Assembly: GCA_000270325.1 (NCBI GenBank)
Contig: BA000048.1
Coordinates: 1,076,981 to 1,108,980, forward strand
From: Candidatus Caldarchaeum subterraneum
Lineage (GTDB): Archaea; Thermoproteota; Nitrososphaeria_A; Caldarchaeales; Caldarchaeaceae
Reading direction: 5' to 3'
Length of the DNA stretch: 32,000 bases
In this document: positions 15,490 through 25,050 of the stretch, piece by piece
Numbering within the stretch: the stretch's first letter is position 1
Layout: each line of letters begins with the position of its first letter
Made by a program: the position numbers and the translations under genes
Notes under the pieces: model-generated
The model's database searches: none
Seen by the model: only the letters and a program-made list of their open reading frames with translations
Told to the model about the DNA's origin: nothing

Positions 15490-17247
15490 ATGGTCAGCAA
15501 CGCCGCGGGCAACATAGCTGAGAGATACCGCCTCATCAGAGGGTTTTACGGCGGCGCAGTCTCACTGGAAGCTCTGCTGGTCATGGCCAGCCTATCAACA
15601 GTCATCATCTACCTCTACTCGGCTGATGTCCTCGTCGCCGCAGCAGTCTTCGCCGCTTTTCTCGGCTCAACTGCTCTACTCAACAGGGTTGTCGCGTTTT
15701 TTCTCGGCATAAAATGTCCAAGCTACACCAGCCGCCGCCTCGACTCCCTATCAGTCGTCGAGACAGGGGTTGTCTTCGCCGGCATAATGTTGTCCGCTCT
15801 TCTGAGATGGTTCAGCCTCGCGGCAGCCGTCGTGGTTCTCGCAGCATCAGCGGCCACCTCTGTCTTCCTCAGCTACTCCGTCAGAAGAGCCATCGGCTAT
15901 AGAATACATCCGCTCCTAGCCGCTCTCCTCTCGACGCCGCCTATGCTGCTCAACACGTTAACGCTTCAAGCATTTCTCGGCAACTGGGCCAAAGCTCTCC
16001 AGATATCTTTCACAAGCTTTTTGGTGGGCGTGGTATCTCTCGAAATAGTCCGTCACCTGATTGATTTGTCCAAGCCTATTCAGGGCATCAGACCCTTCAG
16101 GCTTCTGCAAGCCTTTCTCGCGAGCCTTCTCTCGGGGTATTCTAGGGAGCTTGAGGAGTTGATGATGAGGCTGGGGAACGAAGACCGTGTTGGATGCGAG
16201 CTGTTTGTGTTGAGGCGTGTGGGTAAACCGTCTGTCGCTCTCGTGGTTTCAGACATCCATCCGGGGCCGTTTCGAGCGGTTGGCTCAAGTATGTTTCCCG
16301 CAATTCTTGCGAACAAGCTTGCCGAGAAAGGGTTTCAGCCACTTGTGTTGAAGGGGTTGTCAAGTCATGAGAAAAACCTCGCAAACATAGAGCTCTCCGA
16401 GAAGGTGGCTGAGAAAATCGCGGAAGAGGCCGAGTGGCTCGAGAAAAACGGCGCCTACTTCTCCGAGGCCAGAAGCCCATGGCGCACAATCTTCAACGGC
16501 GTCAGCAGCCTAAGCCTAAACATAGCCGACAGAGAGGTGGTGGTTCTCACACTTAACCCACAGCCGATGGAGGACCTGCCCCCCGAAGTGCTTCCACCAA
16601 ACCACACAGGCAGAAAAATAGTCGTCGACTCGCATAACAGCTTCAGCGACAACCTGAAAAACCTCGACAACGCAACAATAGAGAAAATAAGAACGTTTCT
16701 CACCAATTCCTCTGAACACAAGCCACTGCCTCTGTCAAGGATGCGCGTGGGTTACGCTCGAACCGTTCCATCCGATGTTGGGCCGAGCGATGGAATAGGA
16801 GCCGGTGGAGTGTCCTGCATATTGTTTGAGGTGAATGGTGTGAAGTCCTCGCTGGTTGTGGCTGACGCCAACAACGCGATGCCGTGGGTGAGGGGTGTTC
16901 TGCAGCAGGTTGCCAGAGAAAACGGATGCGTGGACACAGAGCTGTGCACAACCGACACACACATGGTCAACGCGGTCTCCCTCGGCGGCAGAGGATATCA
17001 TCCACTAGGAGAAGCCATATCAACAGAGAGACTGAAGACACTGTTCGACGAACTGCATAAACGAGCGGCCTCAGACCTCGCGGACGCCGACGCCGCCCAC
17101 AAATCCGTCACGCTTGAAAACGTGAAAGTTTTCAGCGATTTCCTCGACGTGGTTTCTCAAGCTGTCTCATTCGGGGTTAGAGCCTATAGGGTGGCGGCCC
17201 TTGTCGCGCCGTTACTGGCGATGGGTTTGGCGACGCTTCTCCTATAA
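15490..17247 (+). CDS. Archaeal membrane protein with large C-terminal soluble domain (DUF2070/COG3356-like)
   Basis: 585 aa. About 7 N-terminal TM segments, then a ~350-aa soluble region (DIHPGPF, TTDTHMVN, GGRGYHPLG) and a terminal hydrophobic helix. The family assignment is from memory and tentative. Confidence 0.55.
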   Translation: MVSNAAGNIAERYRLIRGFYGGAVSLEALLVMASLSTVIIYLYSADVLVAAAVFAAFLGSTALLNRVVAFFLGIKCPSYTSRRLDSLSVVETGVVFAGIMLSALLRWFSLAAAVVVLAASAATSVFLSYSVRRAIGYRIHPLLAALLSTPPMLLNTLTLQAFLGNWAKALQISFTSFLVGVVSLEIVRHLIDLSKPIQGIRPFRLLQAFLASLLSGYSRELEELMMRLGNEDRVGCELFVLRRVGKPSVALVVSDIHPGPFRAVGSSMFPAILANKLAEKGFQPLVLKGLSSHEKNLANIELSEKVAEKIAEEAEWLEKNGAYFSEARSPWRTIFNGVSSLSLNIADREVVVLTLNPQPMEDLPPEVLPPNHTGRKIVVDSHNSFSDNLKNLDNATIEKIRTFLTNSSEHKPLPLSRMRVGYARTVPSDVGPSDGIGAGGVSCILFEVNGVKSSLVVADANNAMPWVRGVLQQVARENGCVDTELCTTDTHMVNAVSLGGRGYHPLGEAISTERLKTLFDELHKRAASDLADADAAHKSVTLENVKVFSDFLDVVSQAVSFGVRAYRVAALVAPLLAMGLATLLL

Positions 17248-17249
17248 CC

Positions 17250-17516
17250 TCAGCCTATAAGCCCTGCTTCGACAAGCTTTGCGGCAAGCTGCTCTATAGC
17301 TTCCTTCAACTCGGCTGGGTCGCGGTTCACCTGCTCCGCAACCTCGCCCACCACATCGGATACGGTCTTATCCTCAAACATGTTCCACACCGCTACCACA
17401 GCCTCGTTCACCTTGTAGGCGTCTCCGTTCTCGTTGACAAGAAGCAAATCACCCTCAGGCGTCTGGCTCAGCCAACCCTTTTTCGAAAACCGCTTTTCTT
17501 CATCCATTTGATTCAC
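17250..17516 (-). CDS. PqqD-family (RiPP-recognition-element-like) small protein
   Basis: 88 aa. LLLVNENGDAYKVNEAVVAVWNMFEDKTVSDVVGEVAEQVNRDPAELKEAIEQLAAKLVEAGLI follows the PqqD pattern (l.n....y.LN..a..iW...dg.t..ei...l...y......l..dv..fl..L...gli). Confidence 0.6.
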   Translation of the reverse strand: MNQMDEEKRFSKKGWLSQTPEGDLLLVNENGDAYKVNEAVVAVWNMFEDKTVSDVVGEVAEQVNRDPAELKEAIEQLAAKLVEAGLIG

Positions 17517-17623
17517 TGACGGCTGGCTGACCCCGATATAAGTTTTAATGGGAAACGCCTAGAAAAACAGAGACAGCCAATCATGCCGAGAGCTTAAATA
17601 GGGTAGTTCGGTGAAAAGATGTA
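17517..17623. promoter_or_regulatory. Divergent PqqD-like / Alba promoter region
   Basis: CTTAAATA at 17593-17600 ends 24 nt before the Alba ATG (17624). GATATAAGTTTTAAT (~17535-17550) could serve the minus-strand gene. Confidence 0.4.
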
Positions 17624-17908
17624 ATGGCGTCCGCAGGCCAGCGTCCGCGTCTCGTCATAGTGGGGAAAAAGCCTGTGTTCAGGTATGTTACCGCGTCGAT
17701 TGTTCTTTTCAACAGGGGCAGTAAGGAGGTTGAGCTTGTTGCACGGGGGAAAAACATTCCACTCTGCGTGGACACCGTCGAGCTTTTGCGCAAATCATTC
17801 CATCAAGACCTTCGGATAAAGGACATTTCAACGTGGAGCGAGGAGTTCGTGGTCAACGGCAAAACTCGCCGCATCAGCTACATGAAAATAGTCGTTGAGA
17901 GGCCATGA
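17624..17908 (+). CDS. albA: DNA/RNA-binding protein Alba
   Basis: VIVGKKPVFRYVTASIVLFNRGSKEVELVARGKNIPLCVDTVELLRKSF...ISYMKIVVE is the canonical Alba pattern. 94 aa. Confidence 0.9.
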   Translation: MASAGQRPRLVIVGKKPVFRYVTASIVLFNRGSKEVELVARGKNIPLCVDTVELLRKSFHQDLRIKDISTWSEEFVVNGKTRRISYMKIVVERP

Positions 17909-17939
17909 AACAAAAATAGCGCCAAACATATTCATACAC

Positions 17940-19160
17940 ATGGATTTTCGACTGAATAGTGAGCAGCAGCTTCTCCGCGACAAGGTCTCAGAGTTTTGCA
18001 AAAGAGTTATCGAGCCGAAGTGGATAGAGGTTGATGACAAGGGGGAGATTGACCGTGAGATTATTGAGAAGATGGCTGAGGTCGGGTTGATGGGGATGAC
18101 CATCTCATCCGAGTATGGTGGACAGGATGGTTCTTTTCTTGAGGCAGCTCTCGCGGCTGAACAGTTGGCTTACCACGGCCCCGCACTATCGATAGCGGTG
18201 ATGTATCTTCTCCAGTGCTCTTGGCCCTACATCATTCAGAGATATGGCTCGGAGGAGGCTAAGCAAGAGGTTCTTCCAAGGGTTGCAGCAGGAGACGCAG
18301 CCATCGGCATAGCGAGCACGGAGGCGCACGGTGGTAGCGACGTCTCCTCTGTGCAGGTCAGGGCCGAGAGAAAAGGTGATGGAAAATGGCTGATATCAGG
18401 TGAGAAATCTATGGTCTCGCTTCCCTCGGTTATCGAGAGGATGCCATGGGGCGGCGGCTGGTTTCTGATAGCGAGAAGCGGCGACCCTGGCCTCAAGCAC
18501 CGCACGATAACAGACTTCCTTTTGCTGATGAAGCGTAACGGTGTGTTGACAAAGGGTATCAGCTATAAGCCGTGGACAGAGTTTGCGCGAAGAGGGCTTG
18601 ACACATCTGTGCTAACTTTTCAGAACGTGGAGGTGGATGATGTTTACAGAGTCGGTGAGGTGAACGGCGGCTTCAAGATTGCCATGGAGGGCTTTAACCT
18701 TGCGAGAACCATGATTGGAGCCGTGTGTGTTGGATGCGCCGAGTGGCTGATGGAGAGGGCGGTGGAGTGGGTGAGGACGAGGAAGGTGTTTGGAAAACCC
18801 ATCGCAGCCTATCAAGGCGTCAGCTTCAAGATAGCCGAGTTCGCCTCAGCCCTCGAGGCAGCGAAATTGCTCAGCTACAAGGCAGCGTGGATAGCCGACC
18901 GATACTACAGAGACGGAGTCGGCACACTCGGAGACGTCGCCAAACTCGGGGCCATGGCCAAGCTCCGCTGCGCATCACTCGCCGTCGACATAGGAGAAGA
19001 GGTGATGAAAATCTACGGGGGCGCATCCTACTTCAAGGAGACGCCGATTTTCAGGGCCTGGCTAGCTGCATTCAGCTACGTCGTCGGAGCCGAGGGCGCC
19101 GAGAACATCTTGAAGCTGATAGTGGCCCGCGAAGTCATAGGCCGCGATTTCATCGAGTAA
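17940..19160 (+). CDS. Acyl-CoA dehydrogenase
   Basis: MDFRLNSEQQLLRD..., GIASTEAHGGSDV, W.ISGEK, FNLARTMIGA, YGGASYFKETPIFRAW...GAEGAENI. ATG at 17940 avoids overlap with Alba. Confidence 0.9.
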   Translation: MDFRLNSEQQLLRDKVSEFCKRVIEPKWIEVDDKGEIDREIIEKMAEVGLMGMTISSEYGGQDGSFLEAALAAEQLAYHGPALSIAVMYLLQCSWPYIIQRYGSEEAKQEVLPRVAAGDAAIGIASTEAHGGSDVSSVQVRAERKGDGKWLISGEKSMVSLPSVIERMPWGGGWFLIARSGDPGLKHRTITDFLLLMKRNGVLTKGISYKPWTEFARRGLDTSVLTFQNVEVDDVYRVGEVNGGFKIAMEGFNLARTMIGAVCVGCAEWLMERAVEWVRTRKVFGKPIAAYQGVSFKIAEFASALEAAKLLSYKAAWIADRYYRDGVGTLGDVAKLGAMAKLRCASLAVDIGEEVMKIYGGASYFKETPIFRAWLAAFSYVVGAEGAENILKLIVAREVIGRDFIE

Positions 19161-19986
19161 AGGGAACAGGTGTGGGCCCGGTGGGCGGCATCTCCCGCTT
19201 ATGAACACTTCCCACATACCTCGCCAAAACCGCATCAACAACCCTCTTATCAAAACCTTTGTCAACCACTTGCTGTGGTGAAAGTTTTTTGTCGAACAGG
19301 AGGTAGAGTATGGGGTCGAGGATGCTGTAGTCTGCTGGCAGCTCGTCCACCGCTCTGTGTCCGGGATAGAGCTGTGGGCTGCTGGGTTTATTCGCCAATT
19401 GCTCGGGCAAGCCTAGAGCGAGGCCGAGTCTCCTGACCTGTGATTTGTATAGGCCTCCTATTGGGAGAATGTCGACGCCGCCGTCTCCGTATTTGGTGTA
19501 GTATCCGAGGAGGATTTCGCTTCTGTCGCCCGTGCCAACCACGAGCATGTTCTGGAGGTTGGCGTGGAAATAGAGAAGCGTCATCCGTATTCTGGCTCGC
19601 AGGTTTGCGTAAGCCATCCTCGCCCCCGTCTCATCCATGCCAACTCCAAGCTGCTCAGCATATCTCTGGACAATCGGGTCGATGGGTATGTGTCGTGTTG
19701 ATATGCCGAGTTTTTCGGCGAGGGCTTGTGCGTCGGCGACATCCTGAGCAGGTGTGAAACCGGTCGGCATGATGAGGCCCAGAATCTTCTCCCCCGGCAC
19801 GGCCCGTGCACACAACGCAGCCACAACGCTCGAATCCACCCCGCCGCTAAGACCCAGAACAAGCCCAGAAGCGCCGCTGAGACGAAGTCTCTCGGCGATA
19901 AAATTCTGGATGGCGGAGGCCGTCGCATCATAGTCTATGTCCAGCAGCTCGTCGAGAACACTTGTCTGCACGAAAACCATGTCCAT
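19150..19986 (-). CDS. nadE: NH3-dependent NAD+ synthetase
   Basis: GLVLGLSGGVDSSVVAALC (PP-loop SGGxDS), GTGDRSEILLGYYTKYGDGG, DILPIGGLYKSQV. 278 aa. Confidence 0.9.
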   Translation of the reverse strand: MDMVFVQTSVLDELLDIDYDATASAIQNFIAERLRLSGASGLVLGLSGGVDSSVVAALCARAVPGEKILGLIMPTGFTPAQDVADAQALAEKLGISTRHIPIDPIVQRYAEQLGVGMDETGARMAYANLRARIRMTLLYFHANLQNMLVVGTGDRSEILLGYYTKYGDGGVDILPIGGLYKSQVRRLGLALGLPEQLANKPSSPQLYPGHRAVDELPADYSILDPILYLLFDKKLSPQQVVDKGFDKRVVDAVLARYVGSVHKREMPPTGPTPVPFTR

Positions 19987-20029
19987 CCCCTGTTTTTAAA
20001 TAATGTTTGGACAGAGCTTATAGGCCGCC

Positions 20030-21151
20030 GTGTTCAACCATTTTTGTATGAGGGTTTTTGTTCTGTCGCTTTTGATGCTGGTTTTGTTGCCGCTGGTCGC
20101 GGCGGATGGGTTTTCCTCGCTTGTTGACGATGCTAGGCTTAAGGTTGTTTTGAGTTATCCTGTCGAGGCGCGTCTCGGAGATTGCTTCACCCTTGTTCTT
20201 CAGGTTACTTTTCTGGGGGATGTTGACGTGGAAAGGATGTGGTTGAAGGTGAGCTACACATCCGAAGCCGGAACCACCACGCTCCTGAATGACAACCTTG
20301 TCTCCACGCCGACGTTTTATTCCACGGGCATCAACATCATCAAAACCTACAGCCTCTGCATACCCAATGTGCAGCGGCGTGACCCCTTAGTGACAGCCAC
20401 TTTCTTCGCCAACTACACACGTGAAACAACATACCAACCGCTCACACACACGTGGCACATCGCAGCAGTCAGGCAGAGAACATACCAAGACCTGTTGAAC
20501 GACCTCAACAGGGCACAGGAACAGATAAACCAACTCCGCACAACCATCCAAATCCTCGAAACAGAGATAAACACGCTCCGGACACGTCTCGAGGAAGCCC
20601 TCAACACCGCGGCGATGCTCACGGCACGCCTCAACAGCTCAAGGGAAGAGATAAAGCGGCTTGAGCAGCGTATCCAAACCATGTCCGAGGAATACAGGCA
20701 GCTGAACGATAGGTATGTCTCCACGGTAGGTGAGCTGAAAGCACTACAGGCCAGTTATGAGATGCTTAGCAGGGAAAACGAGGCGCTCTCAACCAGCTAT
20801 CAGCAGCTTCTCCACGACTATCGGAACCTCACCAAGGAGTATAGCATGCTGCAGGCGACTTTCAACCAGCTACATGAACTCTATGAGGGGTTGGTCACGC
20901 GTCACGAGTCGGCGAAACAGCAGATAGGCTACCTACAGTCCCAGCTCGATGAAAACAGGAGAGAACTCGGCGACCTCCGTCTCCGCTACAGCCTCCTCAG
21001 CGACGAAAACCTTCTCCACCGAAACATCGCCTACGCCGAGGCCTTCATCATTTTAGCAGTCGTTGTCGCAGCAGTTTCATATGGCTTGTCGAGGAGAAGA
21101 ATTTGGCGGAGTCCACCTGCTCTTCCTCCGCCCCCGCCGCCTAATACCTAG
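20030..21151 (+). CDS. Secreted, C-terminally anchored coiled-coil surface protein
   Basis: N-terminal signal-like segment (VFVLSLLMLVLLPLVAADG), a ~130-aa beta-rich domain and a ~190-aa continuous heptad/Leu-Gln-Glu-rich region. A TM helix (AFIILAVVVAAVSYGL) is followed by RRRIWRSPPALPPPPPPNT. Confidence 0.7.
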   Translation: MFNHFCMRVFVLSLLMLVLLPLVAADGFSSLVDDARLKVVLSYPVEARLGDCFTLVLQVTFLGDVDVERMWLKVSYTSEAGTTTLLNDNLVSTPTFYSTGINIIKTYSLCIPNVQRRDPLVTATFFANYTRETTYQPLTHTWHIAAVRQRTYQDLLNDLNRAQEQINQLRTTIQILETEINTLRTRLEEALNTAAMLTARLNSSREEIKRLEQRIQTMSEEYRQLNDRYVSTVGELKALQASYEMLSRENEALSTSYQQLLHDYRNLTKEYSMLQATFNQLHELYEGLVTRHESAKQQIGYLQSQLDENRRELGDLRLRYSLLSDENLLHRNIAYAEAFIILAVVVAAVSYGLSRRRIWRSPPALPPPPPPNT

Positions 21152-22301
21152 GCATGCTGGGGTCTATGCGCTCCGCCCATGCGTCTATTCCGCCTGCGAG
21201 GTTGCGGACACGTCTGAACCCGAGGTCGCGGAGAAGCTTCACGGCCATGCTGCTTCTTACGCCTGTGTGGCAGTAGGCGACGATTTCATCCGTTAAGCTG
21301 AGCTTGTTGACGTGCTCGGGTAGCTTGGACAAGGGTATGAGCAAGGCGTTCTCGAGATGGCATATCTCGTATTCGACGGGCTCGCGGACATCGAGGAGAA
21401 ACACCTTCTCACCTTTCTGCAATTTTTCATGAAGCTCCTCGGGTGTTATGTGCATGCTTGTGTCGGCTGAAGGTGTTACCCCGCAGAAAGCCTCATAGTC
21501 TATCAGCTCACGTATCCGGGGGTTGGGGCCGCAGATAACACAGTTAGGGTCTTTGCGCAGTTTAAGCTCTGTGAAGGACATGTGAAGGCCGTCGAAGAGA
21601 AGCAGTCTTCCCACCAGAGGCTCGCCTATGCCGATTATCAGCTTGATGGTCTCCATGGCCTGAAGAGCGCCGATGACGCCGGGCAAAACACCCAGCACAC
21701 CCCCCTCAGCACAGCTTGGGACAAGGCCTGGGGGTGGGGGCTCGGGGTAGAGGCATCGGTAGCATGGGCCTCTGCGTGCATCGAAGACTGAGACCTGTCC
21801 ATCAAACCTGAAAATGCTGCCGTAGACGTTGGGTTTGCCGAGGAGGACGCAGGCATCATTCACTAGATACCGTGTCGGGAAATTGTCTGTGCCGTCGACG
21901 ACTATGTCATAGTCTTTGATGATGTCCAACGCGTTTTCCGAGGTCAATCTTGTCTCGTATGTCTCCACCTCGATGTGCGGGTTCAGCGCGGTCAGCCTCT
22001 CTTTAGCGACCTCGAGCTTCGGCCTCTTTACGTCCCTGGTGGTGTAGAGAACCTGTCTCTGGAGGTTGCTTTCGTCGACGAGGTCAAAGTCAACAAGACC
22101 GATTTTGCCTACGCCGGCCGCTGCGAGGTAGAGCGATATCGGTGAGCCAAGCCCTCCCGCGCCCACAACCAACACCTTGGCTGCCTTCAGCTTCTTCTGA
22201 CCCGCCATACCCACCTCGGGAATAATGAGGTGCCTGCCATACCTCTTAATCTCCTCAAAGGATAAGGAGACGGTTTCCGTGGTTAGGGCTCTCACCTTCA
22301 A
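21141..22301 (-). CDS. MoeB/ThiF-family adenylyltransferase fused to rhodanese (MoeZ/Uba4/UbaA-like E1)
   Basis: YGRHLIIPEVG..GQ.KL..AKVLVVGAGGLGSP, DFD.VDESNLQRQ, CYRCLYP...C.ICG zinc motifs. C-terminal rhodanese with active-site CHTGVRS. Confidence 0.9.
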   Translation of the reverse strand: MKVRALTTETVSLSFEEIKRYGRHLIIPEVGMAGQKKLKAAKVLVVGAGGLGSPISLYLAAAGVGKIGLVDFDLVDESNLQRQVLYTTRDVKRPKLEVAKERLTALNPHIEVETYETRLTSENALDIIKDYDIVVDGTDNFPTRYLVNDACVLLGKPNVYGSIFRFDGQVSVFDARRGPCYRCLYPEPPPPGLVPSCAEGGVLGVLPGVIGALQAMETIKLIIGIGEPLVGRLLLFDGLHMSFTELKLRKDPNCVICGPNPRIRELIDYEAFCGVTPSADTSMHITPEELHEKLQKGEKVFLLDVREPVEYEICHLENALLIPLSKLPEHVNKLSLTDEIVAYCHTGVRSSMAVKLLRDLGFRRVRNLAGGIDAWAERIDPSMPRY

Positions 22302-22417
22302 CCAACACCATCAAAACGCCGTTATTTAAAGGCGAAAAAAAGACCAGAAAACACATCAGTGAAAGAACCTAACAAACGCCTAGCGTGATAGATGATTCAT
22401 ACATCACGTAAATAAAA

Positions 22418-23128
22418 GTGTCCACAAAGATGCGCGTAGCCATGATGCTTAAAATAAGAGAGCTTTGGAAGGTTTATAGGAGTAGGGCTGGAGAATATCC
22501 CGCTTTAAGAGGTGTAAATCTGGAACTTGAGCGAAATGATTTCGTAGCTGTGGTGGGGCCTTCAGGCTCGGGGAAAACCACGTTACTAAACCTCGTTGGA
22601 GCTCTTGACAAACCAACTCAAGGCGACATAATCTTGGACGGTGTGAGCTATTCCAACCTAGATAGAAAAGGATTCAACAAATTGCGGAGAGAAAAAATAG
22701 GATTCATCTTCCAGACCTACAACCTCTTATCCGCTCTGACTGCTCTAGAGAATGTTGAGATGGCTGCAATACCGAACAAAACAGACCCGAGGACAAGGCG
22801 TAAGAAAGCATTGGATTTGTTGGAGAAGCTAGGGGTTGCAGACAAGGCAAACAAGAAACCAACCGAGCTGAGCGGAGGCGAGCAACAGAGAGTAGCCATA
22901 GCTAGGGCTTTGATAAACGACCCGGCACTAATCCTGGCTGACGAGCCGACTGGAAACCTTGACTCAAAAAACGCGACAAAAGTAGGTGAGCTTCTCCGTG
23001 AGGTAAACGAAAGTAGCGAGAAAGCGGTTCTCCTAGTTACTCATAACCTTGAGGTGGCTAGGTATGCAGACCGAATCGCATACATGAGAGACGGAGTTAT
23101 TGAAAAAGTGGAGGTTGTGAGAGAATGA
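22418..23128 (+). CDS. ABC transporter ATP-binding protein (MacB/LolD-type)
   Basis: GPSGSGKTT (Walker A), [15 protein letters not shown] (signature), [11 protein letters not shown] (Walker B), THN (H-loop). Start is ambiguous (GTG 22418; ATGs at 22430 and 22442-22447). Confidence 0.9.
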   Translation: MSTKMRVAMMLKIRELWKVYRSRAGEYPALRGVNLELERNDFVAVVGPSGSGKTTLLNLVGALDKPTQGDIILDGVSYSNLDRKGFNKLRREKIGFIFQTYNLLSALTALENVEMAAIPNKTDPRTRRKKALDLLEKLGVADKANKKPTELSGGEQQRVAIARALINDPALILADEPTGNLDSKNATKVGELLREVNESSEKAVLLVTHNLEVARYADRIAYMRDGVIEKVEVVRE

Positions 23129-25050
23129 AAGCCTATGCACTACTCTTGGCCCTACTCGTACTGGCTTTACCCGCCTACTCCCAGGAGGTCGGGTCCAACT
23201 TAGCTATAGTCTCCATAAAATGGGGTACTTCCTCTCAACCTGTTGAAGTAGGACCAGGCTCCGTAAACGCCCCACTCAGTATTCAAATACTTAACAGGAA
23301 CAACCTAGCAATTAGATACGCCAAGTTAACCCTGAGTCTACCCGAAGGGATAACCTCAACCACCGGCAGCAGATCGGATGTAGTATATCTATCAACCATG
23401 AACCCGGGCACCATCTCGGAAGCCGTCTTCTACCTCAACATAGACAGAAACCTGAAAACCGGCGTACACCAAGCCACCCTCTACATAGAAGGAATAAATG
23501 AGGATGACACATCTTTTTCATACACAACCGCCATTCAATTAAGAATCAACGGCGAGGTCGACCTACATGTTTCAAACGTGGAGAAAACAGTTATAGCTGG
23601 ACGTAGAAACATCCTCAACCTAATTTTATCCAACAACGGAACCGGTCCCGCCTACATGGTCAGAGTCGTCATGGCGACATCTCAGCAGGTTAGCATACTA
23701 TCTTATCCAACCCGCTTTGATAAAATAGACGCCGGTGAAAATGTAGAAATTCCTGTGGAAATTTACGTCGCGCCTTCACTAGCAGGCTCGCCGGTCACGA
23801 TTACCGTAACGATGAACTATCTGGATTCTTATGGTAACCCTCGAACTGTTGAAAGTTCGTTGGGTTATGAAGTGGCCTACTCCAAGCCCCCCAACTTGCT
23901 GCTTGAAATCATCCCCAACCAGCTGACCATTTACAACCTGAATGATGTCAGACTCAAGGTCACAAACGCAGGTTTAACAGTTGTCAGGGACGTTGCTTTG
24001 ACGCTATCGGTAAACCTTCCACTGGTTCCAGTAGGAACTGACGGCAAGTTTAACATACCTGAGATTCGGGCAGGTGAAACAGCTGAAATCCCTGTCTCAA
24101 TTTATGTTTCTGAGACAACCGCTTCTTCTTCCCCGGTCACCATTAGCCTAAGCTATCTGGATGATTCGAACCAGATGAGGACAGAGTCGAGGGTTCTAAA
24201 TATCTTCCTATCAGCCCGATCAGCTGAATTTCTTTCACCGGTAAACCTCAGGATAACTCCCAACCTTCTATACTCGGGGACAATCAACAATATAACAGTC
24301 AGCGTGTCCAACGTTGGTTCTACAACGATAAGAGATTTGACAATAACGCCTTCCGCCTCCACTCAAGCTACATGGCTCCAAGAAAACATGGTAAACATAC
24401 CTTCTCTGGAGCCTGGAGAGGAGTACAAGTATCAAGCAGGCATTTTCATACCATCCGATTCGCCTACCTCGATAACGCTTGCGATGACTGTGAGCTATTA
24501 CGGCAGGGACAATATGCAAAGACAGGAGGAGAGACAAATCGGTGTTTTGGTGAAGGGGGTGGTTCACTTTGAAGTCGCCGACTTCACCATCTTACCCGAG
24601 GCAATATCACCTGGACAGACTTTCTCGGTAACCATTGTACTTGTAAATACAGGGACGGTTCAAGCATCAGCTGTCTCTCTCCGCCCTTCGGAAAATATCC
24701 AGGGATTTAGGCTGTTCGGACAGTCAAGAGTTTTTCTCGGCAACGTTCCCACAAACACCCCGACATCGGTGACATTCTCATTCACAGCCATGAACTCTAC
24801 ATCGCCCGGAAGATATCAGCTGCCGCTGGTTGTATCATACAGAGATAACGTTGGTGAAGTGCACACTGACACGTTATCTGTAAACGTGAACGTCAGACCC
24901 GCCGGATTTGGTAGACCAGGGACGGCGAGAACACAGACCACTGTCGCGAACACTGGTTTTCTCAACACATCAAATGTCATCACAATTGTGGTTCCTCTGG
25001 TTATTGGGCTCGTTGCCGGTGTCGCCATAGGTAGACGTGGTAGGAGATGA
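23125..25050 (+). CDS. Secreted multi-repeat beta-sandwich surface protein (COG1361/CARDB-like repeats) with C-terminal TM anchor
   Basis: Signal peptide (LLALLVLALPAYSQE), then five to six ~100-aa repeats of the form ..L.V.N.G...(V/I)RD(V/L).(L/I)T.......(I/V)P.(L/I).(A/P)GE......(I/V).(I/V)....(S/T)....(I/L).(L/V).(L/V).Y.D..G...... C-terminal TM plus RRGRR. ATGA overlaps with both neighbours. Confidence 0.75.
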   Translation: MKAYALLLALLVLALPAYSQEVGSNLAIVSIKWGTSSQPVEVGPGSVNAPLSIQILNRNNLAIRYAKLTLSLPEGITSTTGSRSDVVYLSTMNPGTISEAVFYLNIDRNLKTGVHQATLYIEGINEDDTSFSYTTAIQLRINGEVDLHVSNVEKTVIAGRRNILNLILSNNGTGPAYMVRVVMATSQQVSILSYPTRFDKIDAGENVEIPVEIYVAPSLAGSPVTITVTMNYLDSYGNPRTVESSLGYEVAYSKPPNLLLEIIPNQLTIYNLNDVRLKVTNAGLTVVRDVALTLSVNLPLVPVGTDGKFNIPEIRAGETAEIPVSIYVSETTASSSPVTISLSYLDDSNQMRTESRVLNIFLSARSAEFLSPVNLRITPNLLYSGTINNITVSVSNVGSTTIRDLTITPSASTQATWLQENMVNIPSLEPGEEYKYQAGIFIPSDSPTSITLAMTVSYYGRDNMQRQEERQIGVLVKGVVHFEVADFTILPEAISPGQTFSVTIVLVNTGTVQASAVSLRPSENIQGFRLFGQSRVFLGNVPTNTPTSVTFSFTAMNSTSPGRYQLPLVVSYRDNVGEVHTDTLSVNVNVRPAGFGRPGTARTQTTVANTGFLNTSNVITIVVPLVIGLVAGVAIGRRGRR

